Source of the DNA: Lama glama | Taxonomy: Eukaryota | Length of the DNA: 64,000 bases | Assembly: GCA_028534125.1 (NCBI GenBank) | Contig: CM052818.1 | Coordinates: 28,460,001-28,524,000, forward strand | Reading direction: 5' to 3' | Part shown: positions 26,103-38,870 of the stretch, one piece after another | Layout: each line of letters starts with the position of its first letter | Position numbering within the stretch: position 1 is the first letter of the stretch | Made by a program: the position numbers and the translations under genes | The notes under the pieces: generated by a model | What the model saw: only the letters and a program-made list of their open reading frames with translations | The model's database searches: none | Told to the model about the DNA's origin: nothing

Positions 26103-27042
26103 TTTTTCTCATTTTTTAATATGTATTTTTTAATTATAGTCAAATATTGTGTGAATTTCTGGTGTACAGCATAATGCTTCAGTCACACATGAACATACAT
26201 ATATTTGTTTTCATATTCTTTTACAACATAAGTTACTACAAGATATTGAATATAGTTCCCCTGTGCTATACCGTATGAACTTGTTTACCTATTTTGTATA
26301 TATTAGTATTTGCAAATGGCAAACTCCCAATTTATCCCTTCCCACCCTCTTACCCTACTGTTAATGATAAGTTTGTTTTCTGTCTGTGAGTCTGTTTCTG
26401 TTTTGTAAATAAGTTATAAGTTCATTTGTCTCTCTCTCTCTCTTTGTTTTTTTAAGATTCCACATATTAGTGACATCATATGGTATTTTTCCTTCTCTTT
26501 CCAGCCTACTTCACTTAGAATGATGATCTCCAGGTCCATCCATGTTGCTGCAGATGGCATTATTTTATTCTTTTTTATGACTGAGTAGTATTTCATTGTA
26601 TAAATATACCACAATTTCTTTATCCAGTCATCTGTCAATGAACATTTAGGTTGTTTCCATGTCTTAGCTATTGTAAACAGTGCAGCTATGAACATTAGGG
26701 TGCATGTATCTTTTTGAATTAAGGTTCCCTTTGGATATATGCCCAGGAGTGGGATTGCTGGAACATATGGTAAATCTATTTTTAGTTTTTTGAGGAATCT
26801 CCATACTGTTTTCCCTAATGGCTCCAGCAAACTACATTCCCACCAACAGTGCAGGAGGGTTCCCTTTTCTCCAGGCATTTATCATTTGTGAACTTCTGAA
26901 TGATGGCCATTCTGACTAATGTGAGGTGATACCTCACTGTAGTTTTGATTTGCATTTCTCTGACAATTAGCGATATTGAGCATTTTTTCATGCGCCTATT
27001 GACCATTTGTATGTCTTCACTGGAGAATTTCTTGTTTAGGTC
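26103..27042 (-). mobile_element. Young 5'-truncated L1 (camelid-type; ORF2 C-terminus plus full 3' UTR)
   Basis: ORFs 26815-27105 and 26414-26878 translate to the L1 ORF2 C-terminus ([41 protein letters not shown]). T-rich tail at the left end. Confidence 0.95.
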
Positions 27043-27560
27043 AAGTACTGACTCCCATTGTGGTGGTTTCTTCCTCAGTTGATTTGTAAGTTTTGACTCT
27101 CTCACTGTAATGATTTTTCTGGGGATTTCACGTGTCTAAGTTTATAAGAGCATCCCAATAGAGCCAATCTGTGATGCTTTTGCCTAACATCACAGATTAT
27201 CACTGGTACAGGACAAGTTTTCTTTAATTTTTCTCTCTTAAAGTACCTGAAAACACATGGTTGATATGAAGACAGATTTTAGCCTCAAGGTTGGTATGAG
27301 CCAAAGGAGTAGTTCTTTGACACCCTGAGCCCTGACTGAGATGCAGTCTTCTCTGCTGCTTCCCAGATTTGATCAGTGTTGTTTCAGCCTCCCTTTCTTT
27401 TAAGTGGCAGCCTGTGTGACTCTTGATACATGCTCTTGAATTGATTTTCCTCTTCATCTCAACTGTAAGATGATATTTTTGTTAGTTTTGAGGTGGGTGA
27501 TGTATTCTAAAATATTTTTATTCTATTTTTTCTCACCATGTCTATGAGTTGAGGGTAGCT
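27043..27560 (-). mobile_element. Old L1/HAL1-like 5' fragment
   Basis: Probable continuation of the 25701-26102 element past the young L1; degenerate. Confidence 0.35.
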
Positions 27561-27678
27561 TTTGAATCAGGTCAGATTACTATACTCAACATATAACATA
27601 TGCTAGACAATCTGAAGTTACTTTGAAATAAACCCTCAGCTATAGTTCTTTGGCTAGAGATTCTACAAGAAATATAAC

Positions 27679-27857
27679 CAGAAGTGTAATCACCATGAAC
27701 CTAATTAATCTGCAGTTTCAGAGGCCCCTGCATGGGCTACTTTCACAGTTCTATAGAATTTTTATGAGTAAGGAATATTATGTTATTCTTCTTAAAGAAG
27801 CCCTCACCTTCCCAACTGTGCAAGCTTCAGGCCTCAAAATACCTAGAACTTCCCCTG
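27679..27857 (+). mobile_element. hAT MITE (MER53-like)
   Basis: cagaagtgtaatcaccatgaacctaat..ttcagaggcccct..caagcttcaggcctcaaaatacctagaacttcccctg; CAG...CTG termini. Confidence 0.55.
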
Positions 27858-28279
27858 ACTATGACTTTTGAGAGTGAAGCTTCAAAAAAGAAAATTCACA
27901 ACCAATGCTAGCAACTATAGAACTACAGAAAGTGCCCACTTCAGTGAACAGAATCTCAGATTTTCAAAATCTTTGTAAGATGGAAAGAGAAACCCATAAT
28001 CACCAATGAGTACTAAAGAGTACCATGATTTAGAGGGAATTTGTTCAGGAAAAGTATGTTAGAATGAGTTGAAGTCTCAAAAAAAGTGCCAACAAAGAGA
28101 AAAATATGTATTATATTCAAATTAATATTACATCCATAAAATGAAGAGAAATAGATGGAAAAATAACAAAATGCTAGCAGCCAAATGTAGAAGGGACTCC
28201 TACTCAAATCCAATTTTAGTTCTGTTTTCTGGAGTCAGGAAAATAATCTTTATAATAGAAATATATTGGAGGCCGCAAA

Positions 28280-28779
28280 NNNNNNNNNNNNNNNNNNNNN
28301 NNNNNNNNNNNNNNNNNNNNNNNNNNNNNNNNNNNNNNNNNNNNNNNNNNNNNNNNNNNNNNNNNNNNNNNNNNNNNNNNNNNNNNNNNNNNNNNNNNNN
28401 NNNNNNNNNNNNNNNNNNNNNNNNNNNNNNNNNNNNNNNNNNNNNNNNNNNNNNNNNNNNNNNNNNNNNNNNNNNNNNNNNNNNNNNNNNNNNNNNNNNN
28501 NNNNNNNNNNNNNNNNNNNNNNNNNNNNNNNNNNNNNNNNNNNNNNNNNNNNNNNNNNNNNNNNNNNNNNNNNNNNNNNNNNNNNNNNNNNNNNNNNNNN
28601 NNNNNNNNNNNNNNNNNNNNNNNNNNNNNNNNNNNNNNNNNNNNNNNNNNNNNNNNNNNNNNNNNNNNNNNNNNNNNNNNNNNNNNNNNNNNNNNNNNNN
28701 NNNNNNNNNNNNNNNNNNNNNNNNNNNNNNNNNNNNNNNNNNNNNNNNNNNNNNNNNNNNNNNNNNNNNNNNNNNNNNN
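28280..28779. other. Assembly gap (500 N)
   Basis: Exactly 500 consecutive N. Confidence 1.
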
Positions 28780-29023
28780 TGAGGGGAGAAGAGGGGATGA
28801 GAGTTTGATTAGAATCTGACAGGGCTCATAATTTAACAGTGTAGGTAGGTATAAAAAGCAAGGTAAGGAATTTTAAGTCAAGGGTTTCACAGAATATTAA
28901 GGCAAAAATTGTCTTTTGATGCTTTTCATTGAAAAATCATTAGTTCTTCTGGAAAGTTCCTTCCTGGAACAGTAAAGTAATGCTAATGAAGATAATGGAA
29001 TAGAAAACTTACATTAATGTAGA

Positions 29024-29206
29024 CCAGCGATTGCCAAACTGTGCCTGGTGCCAAATCCAGTCCTGTTGGCAAAGCTGAGAAAATTCTTTACAGCTTTAAA
29101 GGGTTATAAGAAAGGAAAAAAGAATATGCAGCAGAGATCTGATGTTGCCTGCAAATCCTACAATATATACTATCTAGCCCTTCAGATAAAAAGTTTGCCA
29201 ATCCTT
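29024..29206 (+). mobile_element. hAT-Charlie MITE (MER58-family)
   Basis: cagcgattgccaaact..ccaaatccag..tactatctagcccttcagataaaaagtttgccaatcc. Confidence 0.75.
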
Positions 29207-29929
29207 AATGGAGACAGTAAGTTGGGTGGATGAGGAGGCAGTTTCAGTTTCAGTCTCTAAGCATTGTGTAGGACAGACAGTTTTGGTTCTCAATACTCAA
29301 GCCCATTGTAGAGAAGGATAAAGTCATTCCTATAGAAAATGGGTGGGGAGAAATTTGGGTTTAGCCTGAAAAGTTTGACATGGTAATCAGGAGATAAAGT
29401 AGGGAGGGTTATATTTAAAAAGCAAAAGTAACAACTTGTGCAAAGGCATACAAGGGAGATACAGCAATTTTCTCTTTATTCATAATCACCACCTCCAGAA
29501 GCACTTACTCAGATCCTGATTTTCTACAAGTGGTATAATAATAAGCAGATCAATCAGTTTCATCTCTGCTCTGTGTGAACCAGTTTTGTCAGACAACAGA
29601 GAGCAACAAGAACTGATCCATGAAGGATCTAGATCCTCAGGGAACACCACTCACACCTTCCACAGTTAGCAATGTGGATACTTTTTCCTTTCTATTGTTT
29701 TAACACTGAGTTCCAAACAAGACTCTTCCCTTCAGGAAATCTTTCTATTGCATTTTCTTCTCACAACCGAGTATAAAACTAACTAGAACTGAATAGCCTA
29801 ATGGCCCATTGGGAATCTATTCAAGGAGTTAAACCCACTTGATACAACACAAACTGTTAATTAATAAAGTGGTCCAAATAAATCCTTACTAACGTAAGTA
29901 GCAATTATTTTGGGGTTGAGTTGTAGGTG

Positions 29930-29995
29930 AAACATGAAACTAACACAATATAGTAAATTAACTATACTTCAATTAAAAAATATTAACAAAAAAAT
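29930..29995 (+). mobile_element. Very short L1 3' terminus (artiodactyl-type)
   Basis: tgaaactaacacaatatagtaaattaactatacttcaattaaaaaa matches the end of the L1 at 52806-52850. Confidence 0.75.
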
Positions 29996-30419
29996 GAGTT
30001 GTTCATATGGTCCAGAAAAAAGTTAACATAGTTTATATTCCACAATCTTTCTGTTCTCTGATGCTATCACAGAGTGAGTACAGCTGAACACCAATATATC
30101 ATAATATGTAATACTGAATGCAATACTGTATGAAGAAACACATAACAATTCTTCTGGGTCCAAGGAAGACATACACGGTCTAGAACATTTTCATCCACAG
30201 TTCACTTCCAAGCTTTATCAACCTCAGGCTGATGCTAGGTCTTCACATTAATCTGTCAGAATACCCAACAGCAATGTATGAATATATAAAGAGATAAAGC
30301 CAATATCATATTAAGCTAGAAATTAATGTTTAATATCCAATCATAAAGGTAGATCTCCAGATTCTTGAAGTAAAACTAAAGCAGACTAAAAGTGCCTTTC
30401 CCAACAATGTTAAGAGAAA

Positions 30420-30543
30420 ATCAAAGAGAGAGATGATAGAAATAGAAATAGAGATAGAGGCAAGGAGAGGAAAGTCGGGGAGATAAGAAGAGACAGAAGA
30501 AGGAGTAAGAGAAGGAGGAGGAAGAGAAGAAAAGAGAGAAAGC
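30420..30543. repeat. Purine-rich low-complexity tract
   Basis: Almost entirely G/A for about 120 nt. Confidence 0.75.
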
Positions 30544-32159
30544 CTTTAGTCATATAGAATAAAGAGATTTAAGGAATACCTGGGAATTAGAATGTTCAGA
30601 ATAATCGGAATAAAAATTCAAAGCTAAAATTTTGTATTCAAATAATTTTTTTGAACCTTTAGGAAAATAGAAAGTGCACAGAGGACATCATCCAGTTTAT
30701 TTCTGTAAAGGATATGAGTGCTTTTTTTTCAGGAGAATATTAGAGAAGAAACAGACATTCTCATGATGATTAAGTCCATCTGTTATAGACCATTAAGAGT
30801 TTGATCTGTTTGTATTATTTGAAATCTAGCACTGCACCAGAATTTTATCCTACTGATTAAAGGGAAACTACAAAATAAATGTCTATATAACTGAAGCCTA
30901 TTGATTATAGACATCAAACTAGAGCATTTGTAGATCATTTCCCTAACTGAGCAAATTGTGTGTTTGGGATTATTTCTGTCTTTTTGATAATTGTACCAAT
31001 GAAAGAAAAGAGAAGGGTAATATAAAATAACCCTAATACAGGTGATGCAGTGCTTTATACTGGTATATGGAATACCTGTTAAAAGCTAATTTTTACATTC
31101 CCTCAAGTTTTGAATTAAAATCAATGTACAATGATTAGAGGAATAGATGATACAACATTTTTCAGACTTCTACATTAAGTCTCCTGGACCCCCATGTCAT
31201 TGCTTCCCACCAAATCCTAGCCATGGTAAATGGCATTCCACCTGTTACGTAATTGCATCACATCAAACTTCAATAATGGGTTCAATAATGTCAAGAAGGG
31301 CTTTAGGTTATCAGAATGTTCAAGTCAGCCAAGGATGGCCGGAAGGCACATTACATGCAAATAGGAAAGGACATGGTTGTTATTCTAATGACCCTCCACC
31401 TTTAGCATTCTCCCCTGTATCTTACTTACTGATCCTTTAATCCTTAAAGAAACACAAAGGACCTCAGTTCCTCCATTTTCCTTGGCCTTTATAACACACT
31501 TCTTCATCTTTACTTACATCTTGGTGCTAGATGCCATATTAATTACTTGATCTACTCCTTTATTCATCCCCTCAATCCCAAGTAAACCTCTGTATTTCCA
31601 CCACACAAACTGGATCAACCCCAAAGTAATCTGGTAATACTTTTTTTTCTTTGGTCCCTTCAAAATGAATGCAAAGTGTCTTTGCAATTGGGTATTATCT
31701 TCTGATAGGGTGACAGTTCAGTACCAGAAAACACCTTACACTACTAGACCATCACTCTATGTGTCTTTGGTGACCTTTCTCTTATGACCCACAGTGACTG
31801 TTCAGTTTCTTTAGAAAGCAGATCTCCAGTCTTCATCTTGGGGTTAGTCTTGCTAAATGTGTTCTGTGGAGGATAGGGTCTTTTGCCTTTAATACTACGA
31901 ATAAAAGCATAAACAGACAATTCTGGTTTGTAGACAACTCCTGTTCTCTCAGCTTGAAGGTTCCCAAGGGCTCTGCTGGAATATGTGCTTCCTCTTTCTG
32001 CTGCAGTCTCCTCCTATATTTCTAGAATGCTACTAGATTCCTCTACTATCATTTATAAAAGTCAGACTTCTCATAAATGTTTCAAAGTCTCTAATCCACT
32101 GATGAAACCCTCTCATTATAAGAGCAATTATAAATTCATTTCCTTTTATACAACTGCAC

Positions 32160-32626
32160 TGTTGCTAACAAGCAAGGGCTCACTGCCTAATGCACAGAGA
32201 AGCACTAGGTTTTGGGAAAAGAAAGAGCTTTATTGTGAGGTCAATCAGCAAGGAGACAGGAGACAGGGCTTCAAATCTGTTTCCCTGATCCAGGGTTTGG
32301 GTCAAAATTTAAGAGGTTAGGGGAATTTCAAACTTGGAAGCTGACTGGCTAGTCTTAAATCAGTCTATATAAGCTATCCGTGCTGCTGGAAGATTTCCTT
32401 ATTGAAGGACTTCTTGTTTTGTAAAAGGCTCCAGTAGCAACATCTTTTATTCTTTGAGTTCCATAGACTGAAAATTCTTGGTTCTGGGGTCATCCTGAAA
32501 GCATGGGTTCCTGTCTTGCACATAGACAGTGCCGTCTCTATAAAATTACTCAAGGTTTGACTAATAGACAGCCTATTTAAGAGGCAAAATCAGTTTAGGC
32601 TGTTCAATGTTTTATGTGTTGTTTCA
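32160..32626 (-). mobile_element. ERV1-type solo LTR
   Basis: tgttgctaacaagcaagggctcactgcc..gctttattg (AATAAA on minus, 32229-32234)..caaggagacagga..aaatctgtttccctga. Right boundary uncertain (32606 or 32626). Confidence 0.7.
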
Positions 32627-33438
32627 AGATCATTTCATGAAATTTGAGGAGAGAAGTGGGATACATGTACATACTTAGCCACCTTGAACTGTAGCACAGC
32701 CAACACACTGCCTTCACAAGATCCATTTCCAAAGCTGCAATAGGTAAATGTTGGCACGACCAAAATGTACAAGTAATATATTTTCCCATTTTCTACCTGA
32801 AATCCACTCACCATTTTGTCAACAATACATATAAGTTGTGACACTGGTAACTCCTACCTAAGTAAATATTCATATGCACTTCTCACTGCACTGAAGAGTC
32901 AAATCCATAGATATATGGATCACATCTTAGTGTTTGATTTGATAGTAACTGCTCCCCAAATGTTTGCTCAAGTAGCTAGCCAATGCACATAATTCTCAGG
33001 CTGAAAAAGCTATCTGATGATCAAAACTTATTCTCTCATGTCACATAAGACATAAAGCCCCTCCATAATGAATACACTCTATAATGAGTACAATAATATC
33101 TGTCTGCCAAAGTTTCTGCTTGCTTTGAACATGGATTCTTTTAGTATTCCCTTAATTTATTCAACAGTAGTTCTAATTTGCCAGGCCAGAGAGAATAAAT
33201 TTGAAGCATAACAATTAATAAGAAAGCAATGTTAATTATAAGCAAAAATAACTATAATTTCTTGAGAAGCAGCACTTCGACTCACATTACAAAGGGGTTC
33301 AAAGCAGTTTAAAACCATTAGACTGCATGTCTGATCTTTTGTTTTAGAAATCTCTTCACTCACTCTGATATTTTTATATTGATCTTGTGTAACTATGAGA
33401 TAACTTTCTAAGATTGAGATGAAAAGATCATCTGGTGT

Positions 33439-33481
33439 TTAATAATGATGATGATGATGATGATGATAAGAATAATAATAT
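33439..33481. repeat. (GAT)n/(AAT)n trinucleotide repeat
   Basis: aataatgatgatgatgatgatgatgataagaataataata. Confidence 0.9.
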
Positions 33482-33849
33482 CTTTACAACATCTCCTCTG
33501 TACTACTACTGAATAGTGTCTATAAATTCAAATATCTACAGGATGTTAGAATCTACAATAAGTGACTGGGGTTACTATTAAAAACTAAACTAATTCTTTA
33601 AAATTAAGTATTTTATTCTCTCTTTAGTACTACTATAAGGAAAAGCAACAGTCTAATTTTGCTCATTCAAACACAGTGTCAGAGTGGGGAGCAGCGGATC
33701 AGTGGTGAATCAGAGAGTAAAAGCCTTATGTGTGTAGTTGTTTTAAAATTCATTGTGAAATACTGCAGATATACCAGAAGGAATAAATATACTAAAGTAA
33801 ATACTTAGGTGTCATTATTTAATTTTATAAGTAAAACATTACAAATGCT

Positions 33850-34800
33850 TTTGGAGACTCCTGAGTACCCAATCTTCCCTTCTTATACCCTTAGCCTTCC
33901 CACCTCCCTACACCCAGACATTTTCATTATATTGATTTTGGTTCTTACTAGTTCCTTGCATTTCTGTATGTACTTATTACTTAACTGTGTACTTTTATTT
34001 AAAAATATAATTGCTTTTCATATTTTATACTTTACGTACATGGTATCATATTATATGTATTCATCTGACAACCAATTGGTCTAATGACATCAACTGTTTA
34101 AAATCTATAGTCTAATATATCATAAGTTTTCTCAAATGTTCCATGTGTGTATTTTTAAAATGAGTATCTTTTAACTACTGGATATAGGTTTGATATGTGT
34201 CCATTAAACAAGACGTATTCATTAAATTGATCAAATATTCCTTTTAATCTCTCATTTTCATTTACTTGACTTATCACTTACCAAAAAGTATGCTAATATC
34301 TTCCCCTGATAGGGAATTTGTAAATTTCTTCTTGTGATTTTTGTCCAATTTGCTTTACATATGTTAAAGCAACTTAGATACATAAAATTTAGAATTTTAA
34401 CATATCTGCTGAACTAAAATAATAATTTTTATGCAGTTACTGTAAAATCTATATTAATATGGATCAATCACATTTCTTTTGGTTAATTTGCTTTAAATAA
34501 TTTTTCCATAATTTAACTTTCAGTATTTTTAGGTTCTTATATTTTAGGTATGAGTCTTATCAATGGCTTATATCAATATTTTTATATTCATTCTGGTATC
34601 AGCCTTCACCTCACATGTTTTATGTGTGTACATAGTTATTTTGATTTATGATATATTTTGATTTAACACTATTTATTTTGTTCTTCCTTTTACTTTACTG
34701 GTCAATACTGTTTTGCTCTTATTCCCTGTCTCTTTTGAAGTAACCAGTTGTTTTTCATTTTATTCACATATATTTTTTCTGTGTCTTTAGAATTTATATG
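33850..34800 (-). mobile_element. Old L1 (L1ME-like) fragments
   Basis: ttttatactttacgtacatggtatcatattatatgtattc, atgttccatgtgtgtattttt, gctttacatatgttaaagc. Confidence 0.55.
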
Positions 34801-34994
34801 TTGTCTTCTTTCTTCCCTTTCTTGTGTGCTTTCATTCTTTTCTTCCTCTTTCCTTCCTTCCTTACTTCTTATATCCCTTCCTTCCTTCTCCTTTTCTTTC
34901 CAAGCCTTGTATAAAGGGGCACTTGCTGAATAATTTCAAATTATTACCATATGTAAATCTGTTTCCAGACTCTCTTGCCTTGTATATATTTTCT

Positions 34995-35275
34995 TAACTT
35001 TTTTATTATGAAACAGTTATAGACTCCGAGAAAGCTGCAAAAATGTACAGAGAGTTCTTCTGCCCTGTTTACTCAGCCTCCCCCAGCAGTAACATTGTAC
35101 ATTACTGTGGTTCACTATCAAAACCAGGAAATCAACATTGGTATAATGAACAGAGCTTATTCAAATTTCACCAACTTTTACTAGCACTTATTTGTTGGTA
35201 TGTATAGTTATGTAAAGTTTTATAGGATTTTATCATAGGTGTAACTTTGTGTAACCACTACCACATTCAAGATGA
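34995..35275 (-). mobile_element. L1MC/MD-like 3' end, interrupted by a young L1 (resumes at 36644-36690)
   Basis: aaagctgcaaaaatgtacagagagttc..tatcaaaaccaggaaatcaacattggt..gtaaccactaccacattcaagat | aactgttccattacca. Confidence 0.75.
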
Positions 35276-35281
35276 AAAAAT

Positions 35282-36643
35282 TACTGGCACAAAAACAGGT
35301 GTATGGATCAATGGAACAAAATAGAGAGCCCAGAAATAAGCCCACAGACCTATGGGAAATTAATCTTCAACAAAGGAGGCAAGACTATATAGCAGAGAAA
35401 AGACTAGACTCTTCAGCAAGTGGTATTGGGAAAACTGGACAGCAGCATGTACATAAATCAAGTTAGAACATTCCCTCACACCATACACAAAAAAACCCCT
35501 CAAAATGGCTTAAAGACTTAAATACAAGACAAAACACTATAAAGCTCCTAGAAGAAAACATAGGCAAAACATTCTCTGACAGAAATCTTAGCAATGTTCT
35601 CCTAGGGCAGTCTACCCAGGCAATAAAATTAAAAGCAAAAATAAACAAATAAATTTAAACTTACAAGCTTTTGCACAGCAAAGGAAACCATAAGCAAAAC
35701 AAAACGACAGCCTACAGAATGGGAAAAAATATTTGCAAATGATGTGACTGACAAAGGCTTTATTTCCAGAATATATAAACAGCTCACATAACTTAACAAC
35801 AAAAAATACAACCCAATCCAAAAACTAGACAAAAGACCTAAACAAGCAATTCTCCAATGAAGACATACAAATGGCCAATAGACATATGAAAAAATGTTCA
35901 ATATCCCTAATTATCAGAGAAATGCAAATCAAAACTACAATGAGGTATCACCTCACACCAGTCAGAATGGCCATCATTCAAAAGTCCATAAATGCTGGAG
36001 AGGGTGTGGAGAAAAGGGAACCCTCCTGCACTGTTGGTGGAAATGTAGTTTGGTGCAGTCATTATGGAAAACAGTATGGAGATTCCTCAAAAAACTAAAA
36101 ACAGACTTACTATATGATCCAGCAATCCCATTCCTGGGCATATATCTGGAAGGAACTCAAATTCGAAAAGATACATGCACACTAATGTTCATAGCAGTAC
36201 TATAGACAATAGCCAAGACATGGACGCAAACTAAATGTTCATCAACAGATGACTGGATAAAGAAGTTGTGGTATATTTATACAATGGATTACTACTCAGT
36301 GAAAAAAAAAAAAAAGAAGAAAATAATGCCATTTCCAGCAACATGGATGGACCCAGAGATTGTTATTCTAAGTAAAGTCAGAAAGAGAAAGAAAAATCAC
36401 CATATTATCACTCATATGTGGAATCTTAAAAAAAGAAAAAAGAAAATAAAAAAGAAGACACTAATGAACTCATCTACAAAAGAAACAGACTCACAGACAT
36501 AGTAAACAATCTTATGGTTACCAGGGAAAGGGGGTTGGAGGGTATAAATTTGGGAGTTTGAGATTTGCAAATGTTAGCCACTATATATAAAGATAAATAA
36601 AAAAATAAATTTCTTCTGTATAGCAAAAAAGAAAAGAAAAAAA
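35282..36643 (+). mobile_element. Young 5'-truncated L1 (camelid-type) with shortened 3' UTR
   Basis: ORF fragments [46 protein letters not shown] and [10 protein letters not shown]. Poly(A) from 36625. Confidence 0.95.
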
Positions 36644-37394
36644 AACTGTTCCATTACCATGGGGCTCCCTTGTGCTACGCTTTTATTTGCCTAGTAATTT
36701 TTAATAAGCCATTTAAACATGTATCTGGATTTTATATAAAATATCCTATTTTCCCAATGTTCAAAAATAATTCATAATGTTTAAGCTACTATCTCATCCA
36801 ACATTGTGCAGGCCTAGAAAAACATATCTATTGCCTGAAATCAGCCTAGAGCTGCCTGTTTGCCATCTGGTATACATTACAATTCACTACATAAAACTGT
36901 GTATCTGATGACGTATTATATGTGTTGATCTAGTATTTTGTATTTGTTTATCTGGAGATGTCGACATTGGTCGACATCTAGGGTCATTCTTTTTCTTCTG
37001 GCAATCAGCACAAGCCATCCATAGATCTCTTTTCTCAGCCTCCTGACTTTTGTCAATGTATATAAATTTCAATTGTGATTTCCCCACTAAGGATGTCCGA
37101 TATTTATCATTCCCACTATAGTTAGCACAACCTCAGGCCTATAAGTCTAGCCTGGACCTGGGTAGCAAGTTCAAAAGCCTGTGTGTTTTTATTAACATAT
37201 AACCCTACTTTAAACGTGCTTTTTGGGAAAACAATGTCGTGCGTACTTTTCTGCCTAGCAGTCTCTGAAGAACCATCATATCCTTTCTGAAGGGATCTTT
37301 ATTCATACTCCTAAGGTATTAAAAACAAAATGACAGAAAACGTGTTCTGGGCCCTTCTTGTATGTGTGGAACTCGGCCATCCACTTAACAAGGA

Positions 37395-37535
37395 TTGTTC
37401 ATTTCAACCTCACAGCAACCCTTTGGGGTAGGTAATATTATTATCTTTGTTCCACCAATGAGAAAATTGAGGCTTTTGGAGGTTAGTATGACTGGTAAAG
37501 GTCATATAGAAATAAAAAGCTGAATTTTAAGTGAG
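37395..37535 (-). mobile_element. MIR
   Basis: aacctcacagcaaccctttggggtaggtaatattatt..aatgagaaaattgaggct. Confidence 0.75.
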
Positions 37536-38669
37536 TTGTGAATATAGCCACACACCCTGGAGAGCTGGTTTTTAGGCTCATATATTCAAAATGGGAAAAA
37601 TGATGGAATATATGATAAAACAGCAAGATTCAGGCCACATTGAATTGGAAGATGAATGCCACGCATTGTATTCTGATCTAATTCATATGGAGTTTTTTTT
37701 TTCTTTTCAATTATAAAATGACAACAATCTGCAGACCAAATGGTCTGTGCACTGTGACTATTTGCAAAAATGAGCTATATGCAAATTATGCCTTCTTCAC
37801 TGAAGTTAAAGAGTTGAGACAGGTCAGTGTATCCTACAGCAGCTAAATGCAAGGAAGGACTTAGAAAGGTTTAGGATTGCTACACCACAATATCACTGAA
37901 CTGGACAAAAGTTGACAGACATAAAGACCACAGTCCTTTGAAATAAAACATCAGAGCAATATATTTGTTTTATGTTTAACAGTGAATCAAAGAAAGAAAA
38001 TTTTATATTATATCTAAGGTGTGAAGAAGGGACAGTTAATGAACAACTTGATGGTTAGCTAATAGATTATTTCATGGGATCAGAGATGAGGGCAGGTTCA
38101 TTATGAGGTGTCTGTTCAGAGTCCACTTTTAAAGATGTGGGTTTTGGCAGGCGATTTTCTTGCTAGAAGCATTTATTGTTATTCCTGCTCACGTAGGAAG
38201 AATGGAGTGTCTGACAATGACGGACAGCACAGCAGCAGTCTTGCTGCTTAGAAATTAATCTGAAGTCCTCTTTTAGAGAACTGCTATCTTCTGTTACTAC
38301 ACCAGAAACTTGATTGTACTAATAATGTGTGCCCAACTCCATAAGAAACATAGTGCAAGGCAGAAGCCTGGGAATTCCAAAGAAAAACAAAAACACTGCA
38401 GAAAATAATCAAAGAGGAATTTTAAAGGGACATGTCTAAATTCTAATTATTAGGATATTTAATGAATATTCTGTGGCCATACCTCAAATTGCAATAGCCA
38501 GCATTACACCACATCTAAAGGCATGATAGGCACACATAGTCTTTATTAGGGAAATTCTATGAGTGCTTGATTAATACTAAAGTTAAGACTAACACTAATA
38601 ATAATAGGTCAAATATTTATTGAAGTTGATCTAATAATAATAACACATTAAAAATGATAAAAAAGAAGC

Positions 38670-38870
38670 TTATAATTACTGAGCTCTTAGTATATGTTAG
38701 GCATTATGCCAGATAGTTCATAGGTATGAGATCATTTAATATTTGTAATGGCCCTATAAATAGTATTATCATTTCACTGTAACAAATGAGGAAGAAAAGC
38801 CTTTGAAAGGTTGAATAAATTTCCCAAGGCGATCTTACTTCAGAGTCTATATATTTAATCACTGTACAAC
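38670..38870 (-). mobile_element. MIR
   Basis: actgagctcttagtatatgttaggcatt..caaatgaggaagaaaag..ttcccaagg. Confidence 0.65.

Noticed and set aside
26414..26878. 154-aa ORF as a host gene
   Set aside because: It is the L1 ORF2 C-terminus in a 5'-truncated, frameshifted copy.
28141..28808. 213-aa and 180-aa ORFs
   Set aside because: Artefacts of translating through the 500-N gap.
35272..36502. Cluster of overlapping ORFs on both strands
   Set aside because: All derive from one truncated L1 with several frameshifts; not an intact ORF2 or a new gene.
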